Assembly (NCBI GenBank): GCA_965262725.1
Contig: OZ253555.1
Coordinates: forward strand, 992,001-1,056,000
Source: Dehalococcoidia bacterium
GTDB lineage: Bacteria; Chloroflexota; Dehalococcoidia; UBA2979
Direction: 5' to 3'
DNA length: 64,000 bases
Positions within the stretch are counted from its first letter, which is position 1. Every line of letters begins with the position of its first letter. Under the pieces are notes generated by a model, which saw only the letters and a program-made list of their open reading frames with translations, had not been told where the DNA came from and did no database searches. Shown in pieces: positions 18,998 to 29,110 of the stretch. Made by a program: the position numbers and the translations under genes.

Positions 18998-20241
18998 CCA
19001 GCGGGGTGCTGCGCGGGGTGCGCGTGGTCGAGCTGGCCGAGGTGTGGGCGGGACCGATGGGCTGCACGCTTCTTGCCGATCTCGGCGCGGATGTCGTGAA
19101 GCTCGAGACGTTCCCCAGGAGCTCGATGACGCGGCCCGTGGTGGAGGACGCCCGCGTCGGGGCGGGTACCGGTCCTCCGTACGAGCGCGTCAACGTCCAC
19201 CACCACGCGAACCGCAACAAGCGCAACATTGCCGTCAACGTCCGCGCTCCGGCCGGCGCCGAGGTGCTGCGCCGGCTGATCGCGGACGCAGATCTCCTCG
19301 TCGAGAGCTTCTCGGCGGGGACGATGGATCGCCTGGGATTCGGGTGGGACGCGGTGCACGCGATCCAGCCGCGGGCCTCGGTGATCTCGCTCGCCGCGTG
19401 GGGACAGAGCGGGCCGTACCGCGGATACCGGATGTTCGGCAGCGGCCTCGATGCGATGGTCGGACACCACCTGGTGCGCGGTCATCCCGGCGCGCCCCTG
19501 GCGGAGACGGGGCCGGTCGTGCACTCCGACGCCGCCGTGCCGCTGACCGTGGTCTTCGCGGCCGTCGTAGCTCTCACGCGTCGCGACCAGCGCGGCGAGG
19601 GGTCGTGGATCGACCTCGCGCAGGTCGAGGATCTCGCGTGGCAGCTTCCGGCGATCCTCGGCGAATGGATCTCAAACGGGCGCTTGCCACCGCGGGTGGC
19701 AGACGGCGATCGAGACGCCGTGCCGCACGGCTACTACCCGGCGGCCGGCGACGAGTGGATCTGCGTCGCCGCCGAGGACGACGCGCAGTGGGCGGGGGTC
19801 GCGGCGGCGATGGACCGCCCCGAGCTGGCGGAGGACGGTCATCCCTGGGCGTCGGTCATCGGCCGGCTGCGCGAGCGAGCGGCCGTCGACGCAGCCGTCA
19901 CCGCCTTCGTCTCGACTCTCCCCGCCTCGGAGGCCGCTGAGCGAATCCAGCGCCACGGCGCGATCGCGGCGCCGGTGCTGATGCCCGCGGATCCGCTCTC
20001 GAGCCCCCAGCTCCGCGCCCGCGGCTGGCTGCGCTCGACCAGCCACCCGCACGTCGGGAGGCGCGAGGTAGGCGGGTTCCTGTGGCAGATCGAGCCCGAC
20101 CCGCCGACGTGGGAGCGGAGCGCAGGTCTCGTCGGGGAGCACAATGGCGAAGTGCTCGCAGAGCTCGGTTACAGCGCGGCCGAGATTGCCGAGCTGGCGG
20201 GGAGCGGCGTGATCGGCGACCGCTACGCGCCGCCCCCGTAG
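18994..20241 (+). CDS. Class III CoA-transferase, Asp-bearing subunit (paralog of 4202-5443)
   Basis: VWAGP, NRNKRNIAV, HSD; GTGA overlap with the upstream gene. Confidence 0.9.
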   Translation: MTSGVLRGVRVVELAEVWAGPMGCTLLADLGADVVKLETFPRSSMTRPVVEDARVGAGTGPPYERVNVHHHANRNKRNIAVNVRAPAGAEVLRRLIADADLLVESFSAGTMDRLGFGWDAVHAIQPRASVISLAAWGQSGPYRGYRMFGSGLDAMVGHHLVRGHPGAPLAETGPVVHSDAAVPLTVVFAAVVALTRRDQRGEGSWIDLAQVEDLAWQLPAILGEWISNGRLPPRVADGDRDAVPHGYYPAAGDEWICVAAEDDAQWAGVAAAMDRPELAEDGHPWASVIGRLRERAAVDAAVTAFVSTLPASEAAERIQRHGAIAAPVLMPADPLSSPQLRARGWLRSTSHPHVGRREVGGFLWQIEPDPPTWERSAGLVGEHNGEVLAELGYSAAEIAELAGSGVIGDRYAPPP

Positions 20242-20321
20242 GGGGGTGGGTGGAAACGGGGAGGCGCGGCTCCGGGCGTGGTGTGCCCGGCCGGCCTGCG
20301 GCGCTCGCGGAGGGAGTGACG

Positions 20322-21104
20322 ATGGGGTTCGTCTACGAGCGACTCAGCCTGGCGGGAGAGGTGGCCGTCGTGACCGGCGCGGGAAGCGGGATCGGGCGCG
20401 CGATCGCCCTCGGCTTGGCGGAGGCCGGTGCTCGCGTGGTCGTCGGCGAGCTCAACGAGGAGAGCGGCCACGCCACGGCGGCCGCCATAGAGGCGGCCGG
20501 CGGCACATCGCTCGCCGTGCCGACCGACGTTCGCGAGCGCGAGCAGGTCCAGCGTCTGATCGATGCGGGTAGTGAGCGCTTCGGCGACATCCACGTGATG
20601 GTCAACAACGTCGGGGGGACGTTCCAGCTCCCGACGCTGGACCTGAGCGACAACGGTCTGGAGGCCGTTCTTCGCATCAACCTCAAGTCGATGTTCCTCG
20701 GCAGTCAGATCGCCGCGCGCGCGATGGTCGCCGCAGGGCACGGCGGGAGCATCGTGAGCACGTCGTCGGGTTCGGCCCTGCAGGGCGACGCCGTGGGGTC
20801 GGCGCACTACAGCGCCGCGAAGGCGGCGATTCTCGGCATGACGAGAGCGCTCGCCGCGGAGTGGGCCCCCCACGGCATTCGGGTCAACGCGATAGCACCC
20901 GGGGGCGTGAACACGCCGGGGCGGGTCCGCAACATGCGGGAGGATGTCGGCGCCCGCGCCGTCGAGCACGCGCCGCTGCGCCGTCTCGCCGAGCCCGAGG
21001 AGATCGCTGCGGGCGCCGTTTTCCTCGCGTCGGGCCTCGCGAGCTACGTGACGGGCCACACTCTCGTGATCGACGGCGGCGGTAGCACGAGCGGTATCTC
21101 CTAG
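20322..21104 (+). CDS. SDR family oxidoreductase
   Basis: TGAGSGIG, NNVG, YSAAK, IRVNAIAPG, VIDGG. Confidence 0.92.
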   Translation: MGFVYERLSLAGEVAVVTGAGSGIGRAIALGLAEAGARVVVGELNEESGHATAAAIEAAGGTSLAVPTDVREREQVQRLIDAGSERFGDIHVMVNNVGGTFQLPTLDLSDNGLEAVLRINLKSMFLGSQIAARAMVAAGHGGSIVSTSSGSALQGDAVGSAHYSAAKAAILGMTRALAAEWAPHGIRVNAIAPGGVNTPGRVRNMREDVGARAVEHAPLRRLAEPEEIAAGAVFLASGLASYVTGHTLVIDGGGSTSGIS

Positions 21105-22627
21105 GACCGATCGCCGCCGGAACGCAGCGCCGTCTCGGCGCCGGGCGACCGGGCCCCGGCGGCTGCTCCCGCAACGCGCCCGAAGACGGCGCCCGCCATC
21201 AGCCCGCTGCCGCCGGCGTAGTTGTCGTGGAAGAGCCCGCCAACGAGCTCCCCGGCTGCGTACAGACCGGGGATCGCACGTTCCTCGGTGTCGAGCACGG
21301 CGGCCGTCCCGGGCTCGATCCGGATCCCACCGAAGGTGAAGGTGATGCCGCAGGTGACGGCGAAACCGACGAACGGCGGTTCCGCGAGCGGCAGGGCCCA
21401 GTTCGACTTCGGCGGCTCGATCCCCTGCGTCCGGAGGCCGTCGCGCTCGGCCGGGTTGAACTCGCCGGGACGGCACGCCGCGTTGTACGCCGCGACCGTC
21501 CGCTCGAGCCCGCGGCGGTCGATACCGAGGCGCTCCGCAAGCTCGCCGACGCTCCCGGCCTCCTCGCGCGTGACCTCGCGGATCCTGTACTCGTCGCGCA
21601 GCAGCGGGACCGCCCGCTGGTCGAAGATCTGGAACGCGACGCCCTCGGGCTGACGCAGGATCTCGCGCCCGTACTTGGCGTACGTGTAGTTCCGGAGATC
21701 GGCCCCCTCGTCCACGAAGCGTCGGCCCCGCTGGTTCACGATCAGGCCGAGGGGGTAGGAGTGCTTCTGGTAGAGATCGCCGATCCGCCGGTTGCCCGTG
21801 GGCGGCGCGTTGAGATCCCACGCCACCGCGTGCGCTCCCGACCACTGCCCGGCCGACTGCGCCCCCGCCTCCAGGGCCATGCGGAGCCCATCGCCGACGT
21901 TGTGGCGCGTCCCGCGCACCTTCACGGCCTCCCAGCCCGGACCGAGATAGCGGGCGCGCATCTCGGTGTTCGCCTCGAAGCCGCCCGAGGCGAGCACGAC
22001 CGAGCCCGAGGCCACCTCGTGACGCCCGTCCGGTCCGGCCGCGCGCATGCCCCGCACGGCTCCGGTGCGCTCGTCGAGCAGAAGCGCGATCGCCTTCGTG
22101 CCGTAGCGGACCTCGACACCTCGCGCTTCGCAGGCCGAGAAGAGCGCGTCGGAGAGCCCGGCCCCACCGCCGACGGCCTCGATGATGAGGCCGCCCCAGA
22201 AGCGGAGTTGGCCGCCGACGCGGTAGGCCTGCCGGCCGTAGAGCAGCACCCAGCGGACGCCCAGGGACTCGCGCATCCAGGTCATGGTGGGCCAGGCGCC
22301 ATCGACGAGAGCGTCGACGAGCCCGGCGTCGGCCCGACCGCCGGTCACGCGGACGAGGTCGCTCCGCATTGCCTCCACCGGGTACGCGCCGAGGTCGATC
22401 TCGGCGAGCTCCCGCTCGCTCAGGTCGGGGACCAGCCGGGCGACGTCGTCGATCCCGGAGTACGGAAAGCGGAAGGCGCCGCCGCTGAAGTAGGTGTTGC
22501 CGCCGCGCTCCTCCCGCGCCGCCTTCTCCAGCACGATCGTCCGGGCTCCCGTCTCCCGGGCCGCGAGGGCCGCGCAGAGCGCGGCGTTCCCCGCGCCCAT
22601 GACGACGACATCGGCATCGGGCCTCAC
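21101..22627 (-). CDS. tcuA: FAD-dependent tricarballylate dehydrogenase-like flavoprotein
   Basis: GAGNAALCAA, GGNTYFSGG, VRGTRHNVGDG, RFVDEGAD.RNYTYAKYG, GITFTFGG, NYAGGSGL. Confidence 0.8.
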   Translation of the reverse strand: MRPDADVVVMGAGNAALCAALAARETGARTIVLEKAAREERGGNTYFSGGAFRFPYSGIDDVARLVPDLSERELAEIDLGAYPVEAMRSDLVRVTGGRADAGLVDALVDGAWPTMTWMRESLGVRWVLLYGRQAYRVGGQLRFWGGLIIEAVGGGAGLSDALFSACEARGVEVRYGTKAIALLLDERTGAVRGMRAAGPDGRHEVASGSVVLASGGFEANTEMRARYLGPGWEAVKVRGTRHNVGDGLRMALEAGAQSAGQWSGAHAVAWDLNAPPTGNRRIGDLYQKHSYPLGLIVNQRGRRFVDEGADLRNYTYAKYGREILRQPEGVAFQIFDQRAVPLLRDEYRIREVTREEAGSVGELAERLGIDRRGLERTVAAYNAACRPGEFNPAERDGLRTQGIEPPKSNWALPLAEPPFVGFAVTCGITFTFGGIRIEPGTAAVLDTEERAIPGLYAAGELVGGLFHDNYAGGSGLMAGAVFGRVAGAAAGARSPGAETALRSGGDRS

Positions 22628-22881
22628 GCGCTCCCCCTCCGCATGCCGCCCCGCTCCCACCGCGCGCGGCCCGGTGAACCGCCCGGCATCGCGTGGACAT
22701 GGTCGCAGCCGCGTGCGGGCGCCGTCACCCCGGCGCCGAGCCGCCGCGCGCGCCGCCCCGCTTCTTTGGCGCGGGTCTACCGGAGAGCGCCTCCGCCGTC
22801 GAAAGCTTGGTCAGACCGAATGCGACCGGTCTATGATTCGCGCCACCATATTCTGTGCTGGCGCGAGATTCGGGGGACGCC

Positions 22882-23718
22882 ATGACATCGGAGACCAAGC
22901 AGTTCGTGTCGTATGGGACGAGTAAGCCGTACGAGACCCTCATCGTCGAGATCGAGGATCGGGTTGCGACGGTCACCCTGAACCGACCGGAGCGCGGGAA
23001 CGCGCTGAACGCGACGTTGCACGCCGAGCTCGGCGACTTCTGGCAAGGCGCTCGCGAGGACGACGATATCTGGTGCGTCATCATCACCGGCGCCGGGCGG
23101 CGCCACTTCTGCACCGGGGCGGACATGCGCGAGGCGGCCTCCGGCGCGGAGGGCCGCATCGGCCAGCGCCGCGTCTACGGCTTGCCGTGGCCGTATCAGT
23201 TCTACAAGCCGATCATCACGGCGCTCAACGGAACGACCGCGGGCGGCGGGCTCCTCTTCGTATGGGAGTCCCACATCGTGATCGCGGCCGACCACGTCGA
23301 CTTCCTCGAGCCGCACCTCTCCGTGAGCCAGCTCCCCGCCGGCGAGATCTACGGCCTCGCCAACGCCGGTCTGCCATGGCCGGTCGCGCTGCGGATGGCG
23401 CTGATGGGGACCGCCGGTGAGCGGGTCAGCGCGCAGAGGATGTACGACCTCGGACTCGTGACGGAGATCGTCCCGTACGAGCAACTCCTCGATCGGGCGC
23501 GCGAGATCGCGGATATCGTGATGCAGATGTCACCGCTCCTGACCCGGCTCCTGCTCGAGGGAGCCTGGCGCATGCGTGATGGCTCCCTGGGACCCTCCGA
23601 GTCCAGCAGGTGGGCCCATGATCAGCAACGGGAGCGCGGCCTCCGCGACTCGCAGGACGGCCGGGAGGGCCCCCGCGCCTTCGTCGAGAAGCGTCGGCCC
23701 GTCTGGACGGGACGCTAG
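22882..23718 (+). CDS. Crotonase-superfamily protein lacking the canonical catalytic Glu pair
   Basis: NRPERGNAL, FCTGADM, KPIITALNG; GGGLLF and EPH where GGG.E and PE are expected. Confidence 0.85.
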   Translation: MTSETKQFVSYGTSKPYETLIVEIEDRVATVTLNRPERGNALNATLHAELGDFWQGAREDDDIWCVIITGAGRRHFCTGADMREAASGAEGRIGQRRVYGLPWPYQFYKPIITALNGTTAGGGLLFVWESHIVIAADHVDFLEPHLSVSQLPAGEIYGLANAGLPWPVALRMALMGTAGERVSAQRMYDLGLVTEIVPYEQLLDRAREIADIVMQMSPLLTRLLLEGAWRMRDGSLGPSESSRWAHDQQRERGLRDSQDGREGPRAFVEKRRPVWTGR

Positions 23719-23780
23719 CCGCCGCCCGCCCCGCCGCCGCGACCGGGGTGCGGGCGGGCGCACAGGGAGAGGAGTGGACG

Positions 23781-24566
23781 GTGGCCGACGCTCCCGTGCT
23801 TGTCGACGTGCGTGACGGCGTCGCGCTCGTCACGCTCAACCGACCGGAGTCGCTCAACGCGATGAACGCCGAGTCGGGCGCGCTCCTGCGCTCGGCGCTT
23901 GCGCGCGTCCACACCGACCCCTCCATCCGCGTGGGCGTCATCACCGGTGCCGGCGACCGGGCGTTCAGCGCTGGCGCCGACCTGAAGGAGTGGGCGCGAC
24001 CCGATGCGTCGGGACCCTCCGGCGGGACGGTCGACGAGATCCTCACCGTCGAGCCGTCGGACGAGACCTCGACGATCCGTGTGGCAAAGCCGTTGATCGC
24101 CGCGATCGGCGGCTACTGCCTCGGTGGCGGGCTTGAGCTCGCCCTCGCGTGCGACATACGCATCGCGACTCCGGATGCGAGCTTCGCGCTGCCGGAGGTG
24201 CGCCACGGCTTCATTCCCGGCGGCGGCGGCGTCCCCCGGCTGCTGCGTTCGATCCCCCGCTCGGCGGCGATGGAGATGATCCTCACAGGCGATCGCTGCG
24301 ACGCCGAGACCGCGCTCAGGTGGGGGATCGTGAGCCGTGTCGTGCCCCGGGAGGAGCTGCTCCCGGCGGCACTCGCTCTCGCGGGGCGTATCGCGGAGAA
24401 TGCGCCCGCCGCGATCCGCGCCGCCAAGGAGCTCTCCCGCGTCTCTTCCGACCTCCCGCTCGACGACGCGCTGCGCTTCGGTGGCGTGTTGCGCTGGGTC
24501 GTCGGGCAGACGCCGGAGGCTCGCGAGGGGCCACGCGCCTTCGCGAGGGGCCGCGCCGGGGAGTAA
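23781..24566 (+). CDS. Enoyl-CoA hydratase/isomerase
   Basis: NRPESLNAM, AFSAGADLK, GGGLELALACD, LPE. Confidence 0.92.
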   Translation: MADAPVLVDVRDGVALVTLNRPESLNAMNAESGALLRSALARVHTDPSIRVGVITGAGDRAFSAGADLKEWARPDASGPSGGTVDEILTVEPSDETSTIRVAKPLIAAIGGYCLGGGLELALACDIRIATPDASFALPEVRHGFIPGGGGVPRLLRSIPRSAAMEMILTGDRCDAETALRWGIVSRVVPREELLPAALALAGRIAENAPAAIRAAKELSRVSSDLPLDDALRFGGVLRWVVGQTPEAREGPRAFARGRAGE

Positions 24567-24677
24567 CCGCCCCGCCGTCCCAGCGTTGGCCTCGTCAGAT
24601 TCCCGTCATCGACGGGCGGTACGCTCGATTGATGCCGAACCAGGCGGCGATCGTCGAACGGTGAACGGGGGTTCGGA

Positions 24678-25700
24678 GTGAGCATGACGACCGCGACTCT
24701 CTTGTCGGCGGCGCGAGCGGAGTCCCTGCGGCGTGCGCTCGTGGTTCTGGCGGCGCTGGCCGGTGCCGCGAGCGGCCTCTACGTGCTCAGCTCGCAGCCC
24801 GCGGCGGACTTCCTCCGGGAAGGCCCCGCGCGCGTCCTCGGCGTGGAGGGCTCGGAGATCCGACTGCTGATGGGTCTGGGGTGCATGCTCGCCGCCGCCG
24901 CTGCGAGCATCGCGCTGTGGCGGCGAGTCTCGCCCGGGCGGCTCGTGCTCGCGGGCGCCGCGCTGGCCGCCGCGCTCGGCCTGGTGCACGTCCTCGCGGC
25001 ACCGGCAACGACTCTGCTCCTTCTCTCCGTCATCGTCGATCGCGCGCCGCACATCACGCGCTCTCGTCTGGTCGAGGTCGGTCCACGTCGCTATCCTGTT
25101 CGCTGGGGGGTGGGGGCCGTCGCCGGCGTCACCGCGCTGGTCGTGGTCTCCGTGGTCTCGTTCTATCTCGCCCGCCCGCTCTTCGACGAGGGCACACGCC
25201 TCGACGAGGGGCTGACCTTCGCGGTCGCGGGCCTGGTGCAGCCGACCGCGGATACGGGCGCGACCGCGCCCACAGATGCGCCGACCCCGGCACCGGCCGC
25301 GGCACCAACCGCGCCGCCAACAGCCGCCGCCTCCCCTGCCGGTGACTCGGACTCTCGCCCTCAGCAGGGCGAGCTGGTGGCGCGTGGAGAGCTCGAGGGT
25401 GCGGACGCCTTCCACACGGCGCACGGCGAGGTGCTCCTCGTTCGCTCTCCGGAGGGCGACGTGGTGCTGCGATTCCAGGACTACGAGGTGCGCAACGGCC
25501 CCGGGCTCTACGTCTACCTGACGCCGGATCCAGGGGGCGACGTGCACGCGGCCGGCGCCGTCGAACTCTCCCCGGTCCGCGCGACGAGCGGGTTCGTGAA
25601 CTACGACGTGCCCGCCGATCTTGATTCGGGCTCCTTCCGCGCCGTGGTGATCTACTGCAAGCCGTTCAGCGTCACCTTCGCCACCGCGCAGCTTCGCTAG
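24678..25700 (+). CDS. Membrane-anchored DM13-domain protein
   Basis: N-terminal TM helices, Pro/Ala/Thr linker, C-terminal H...G, NGPGLYVYL, VVIYCKPFSV.F. Confidence 0.8.
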   Translation: MSMTTATLLSAARAESLRRALVVLAALAGAASGLYVLSSQPAADFLREGPARVLGVEGSEIRLLMGLGCMLAAAAASIALWRRVSPGRLVLAGAALAAALGLVHVLAAPATTLLLLSVIVDRAPHITRSRLVEVGPRRYPVRWGVGAVAGVTALVVVSVVSFYLARPLFDEGTRLDEGLTFAVAGLVQPTADTGATAPTDAPTPAPAAAPTAPPTAAASPAGDSDSRPQQGELVARGELEGADAFHTAHGEVLLVRSPEGDVVLRFQDYEVRNGPGLYVYLTPDPGGDVHAAGAVELSPVRATSGFVNYDVPADLDSGSFRAVVIYCKPFSVTFATAQLR

Positions 25701-25739
25701 GACCCTCAGCGCGTCGCCCAGCGGTGGGCACCGAGTGGA

Positions 25740-27906
25740 TCAGGCGAGCGGGAGCAGGAAGCCGAGGGTGGTGCCGCGAGCCGCGCTGGAGGAGGCGGTC
25801 ACCTCGCCCCCGTGCTGCTCGGCGATCGCGCGCACGATCGCGAGACCGAGACCGGAGCCGTCGGCGTCGGCACGGCTCTGTTGGTCGCGTGCCCTCTCCG
25901 CGCGGTAGAAGCGCTCCCAGATGAGGGGGAGCGCTCCCTCCGCGATCGGGACACCGTCGTTGTGGACCGTCAGCCGCGCGCCGCCTCCCGTGCTCTCCAC
26001 GAGCAGCTCGATCGTCGAGTCGGGGGTTGCGTACTGGATCGCGTTGCGCAGCAGGTTCCCGATCGCCCGCTCGATCAGCGTCCCGTCGAGGGGGAAGGCC
26101 GGGATCTTCGGGTCTGCGGTCAGCAGCAGCCTGACCCCGGCGCGCTCCGCGATCGGCTTCATACCGTCCGCCACGTCGGCCGCGATCTCCTCGAGATCGA
26201 GCCGCGTGCGTCCGGAAGTCGAAGGGGTGGTGACGTGATGACGTGACCGGTCCGGAGACATGCTCGTTGCTGCCAGCCGGTGAGAGTCCGGCACGGGTAA
26301 CTGTCAGGAGGCCCGTTAGCAGGTCGGCGGCGTGGACGGGAAACGGTCTGCGTCGAAGCCCGACGTCAAGAGCCCTATGAGGGGGAGCAAACGTGCGGTC
26401 CGCAGCATGACGCGAAGTCTGCCGCGCCGTGAGACTCGCCTGTCTATTGACAGGACCAAGGAGGAGCCGAGCCCGGGTGGTCAGGGCGAAGGCCATGGAC
26501 GAGGTGAAGATCCTGGAATGCAGCCTCAAGAAACCTCCCGGCGTATGGGACGTGGAACGTACGGAAGGTAGCGACGGGAACCGGAGAAGCCCTCCCCGGC
26601 CCGGCACCCTGTGAGAGGGCGTCGGAGCGAGGCGTCCTATAACCGGTCAGAGCCGGGAAGTGGACAGCCAGCCGGAAGGGTGGCGGAGGGGGTCGTAGTA
26701 CCGCTGGAGCCGGACGGACAACATAACCGCCGGTGATGGGAAGGACCCCTACTTTGTCCGTGCATGTTGCTGGGGGTGTGGACTGGTGAGTGCCCCTCGG
26801 GGCTAGCAACCACTTGGTAGGGTTCGAGGCTCTCCGCACATGCTGTACCGGCTGGCCAAGGCACGACCCACGTTGTGGGGAGCGCTGCATGCCATCTGGT
26901 GAAGGGCATCGGTGAGCCGGATGAGGGAGAACCTCACGTCCGGTTCGATGTGGCAGGGGCTGGAGACGGACGCTGCTATGGCCGTGGAGTTGGGCACCAC
27001 CGGGAAACCGGCTTGGAACTGATGCGCCACCGCCTACGGCTCGCACCGCGCCAGCCCCTGACCCTACGCCAGTTCGCGGGCGGCGCCCGCCTCGATCCGC
27101 GCGAGCTCGAAGAGGTCGTCGATCAGGCGTGCCAGGCGGTCCACCTCGCGGCGCACAAGCGCGTGGTAGTGCGCCACGTCGGCCGGCTCGCTGACGACGC
27201 CGTCGTCGAGTGCGTCGACGGCGGCGCGGATCGCCGCAAGGGGGGTGCGCAGGTCGTGTGAGATCGCCGTGGTGATCTCCGTCCGCTCACGCTCCACCTC
27301 GGCGCGCCGCTGCTCGGCCCGGCTGAGCGAGGCCCGCAGATCATCGACCGCGCCTGCGAGCTCGCTGACCTCGTCCTTGACGATATGGGCGTCGTCGCGG
27401 GGGGAGGTCGTCTCGTCCGCCGTGCCGCCCGAGGCGAGCGCCCGGACCTCCGCGGCGAGGGAGCGGACGCGCCGCGTCGTGTCGAGAGCGCCGAGCGCCG
27501 AGACGACCGCGGCGACGCTGCCGGCCGCGAGGCTGACCGCGAGCAGCAGCCGCAGGTCGTGCGCAGTGTTTACGAACATGAACGAGGCAACGGCGAGGAC
27601 GGTTGCGAGAGCCGCCACCGCCCCCATCGAGCCGGCCACGAAGGCCCGGGCGACCAGTGGAACCCCGGCCCGGCTGATCCATCGGAGAACGAGCACGCCG
27701 ACCGCCGTGCTGACGGCCCCCGCGAGGCCGAGCAGCAGCACGAGATCTGCAAGCTCGGCGCCGGACATCGGGAGCAGGGCGCGCGACGCGACCGCCCCGA
27801 CGACGACGGCAGCGATCACACCAGCGGGCAGGAGTCGCTCAAGCCAGGCGGAGGAGAGGACGCCCGGCCCCATGCCCGCGCCCGTCTCCCGGAGACTACG
27901 GCTCAA
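25740..27906 (-). pseudogene. Sensor histidine kinase (HAMP-HisKA-HATPase) interrupted by an antisense group II intron
   Basis: 5' part has ISHDLRTPL; 3' part has NLLRNA, FYR, GSGLGLAI. Removing 26206-27067 restores the frame (...AARELA/RLDLEE...), 1305 nt = 434 aa. Confidence 0.9.
26206..27067 (+). mobile_element. ORF-less group II intron (862 nt)
   Basis: 5' GTGCG; DIII-like block near 26680-26752; domain V gagccggatgagggagaacctcacgtccggttc (26914-26946, AGC triad); domain VI ggcaggggctgg/ccagcccctg-A-cc with bulged A at 27061; 3' end AC; no RT ORF. Confidence 0.92.
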
Positions 27907-28579
27907 ACTTGTACCCCACGCCCCACACGGTCTTCAGGTAGCGCGGTCGCGACGGATCGGGCTCGAGCTTGGCGCGGAGCCGCCGCATATGGACAGTGAC
28001 CGTGTTCTCCTCCGTTTCCGTGTCGTGATCCCAGACCGCCGTGATCAACTGTTCCCGGGTGAAGACCTGCCGCGGGTGGGCGGCGAGCACAAGCAGGAGG
28101 TCGAACTCGCGCGCGGTCAGCCGCAGCTCGCCCGCGCGCGTCGTGACCGTGCGCCCTCGGCGGTCGATCCGGAGGTCGCCGTGATGCAGCACGTCGCTTC
28201 CCTCCTCGGCCCGGCCGGTGCGGCGCAGCACTGCCTCGACGCGGGCAGCGAGTTCACGCGGGCTGAACGGCTTGGTGACGTAGTCGTCGGCGCCGAAGTC
28301 GAAACCCGCCAGGCGGTCGGCCTCCCCTGCGCGCGCCGTTAGCATGACGATCGGGACGTTGCTGACGGAGCGAATGCGGCGGCAGACGTCGACGCCATCG
28401 AGACCCGGAAGCATCAGGTCGAGCACGATGAGGTCGGGCCGGAAGTCGTCGAAGGCACGCAGCGCGGCGGGACCATCCCCAGCGACCTCCACGTCGTGCC
28501 CGTCACGCTCAAGGTAGCGGACGACAACGTCCGCCACCGTCGGCTCGTCCTCGACGACGAGGACCCGGGTCGCGAGCAT
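27896..28579 (-). CDS. OmpR-family response regulator
   Basis: VLVVEDE, LDLMLPGLDG, GADDYVTKPFS, winged-helix TVWGVGY. Confidence 0.93.
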   Translation of the reverse strand: MLATRVLVVEDEPTVADVVVRYLERDGHDVEVAGDGPAALRAFDDFRPDLIVLDLMLPGLDGVDVCRRIRSVSNVPIVMLTARAGEADRLAGFDFGADDYVTKPFSPRELAARVEAVLRRTGRAEEGSDVLHHGDLRIDRRGRTVTTRAGELRLTAREFDLLLVLAAHPRQVFTREQLITAVWDHDTETEENTVTVHMRRLRAKLEPDPSRPRYLKTVWGVGYKFEP

Positions 28580-28619
28580 GGTCGCCTCCTGTGGCGCCGA
28601 CCCATCACTCCCGTCGAGC

Positions 28620-29110
28620 ATAGATGGAATGAGGGTCGGCCACCTCCCCAGAGGGGGTAGTCGCCCCCGGAGCCCGAGGCCCCGCTGGGCCAAAGAGCAA
28701 CTCCAAAGGCCTTGGCGAGGTAGGAGGCCGACCGTAACACCGCGTCAGTCACAGCGAGCAGCGAGCAGCGGGCAGGGGGGAGCAGGGGCCGTGACCATCG
28801 GCTTCGATGTGAGCGATCGCTATAGCCAGATCGGCGCGCCAAGGCAGCCGGCGCGATGAAGCGGGCACTCTCCGACCCGCGGGTCGCCCGGGTGCTGCTC
28901 GAGGTGGGTGCCGCGCGCGCCGTGGCTCAGCCGGCTCGCACCCGCGGCGAGTGGGGCTGATCGTGCGCAGCGAGCGTACGACCGACCGACTGGACGCCGA
29001 GCAGTGGCTCGGCTCGGCCGGATCGAGCGGCTCTCCTCCGCCCGTCCGGCCCCGCAGCGCCTGGGTCCAGACCGACCACGCCGACTTCGCGGCGTGCGGG
29101 CCCGGACTCC
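28620..29110 (+). mobile_element. Degenerate IS110-family element (5' non-coding end plus frameshifted N-terminal recombinase fragments)
   Basis: Fragments VTIGFDVSDRYSQ (28791), RVLLEVG, PWLSRL, TDRLDAEQ, ARLGRI in shifting frames, matching the IS110 DEDD domain. Confidence 0.7.

Noticed and set aside
22807-22833. ttggtcagaccga and gaccggtc palindromes near a TATGAT box (FadR/TetR-like operator)
   Set aside because: Short, imperfect and single-instance; cannot be supported without a motif scan.
26419-26431. Intron segment gccgcgcc identical to the insertion junction (possible guide)
   Set aside because: Same sense as the target, so not an EBS; lies in a conserved DI stem region; likely chance in GC-rich DNA. 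EBS1/2 could not be assigned by eye.
26332-27261. ORFs within the intron as a possible maturase
   Set aside because: No RT (YADD) or maturase motifs; only a short relic remains.
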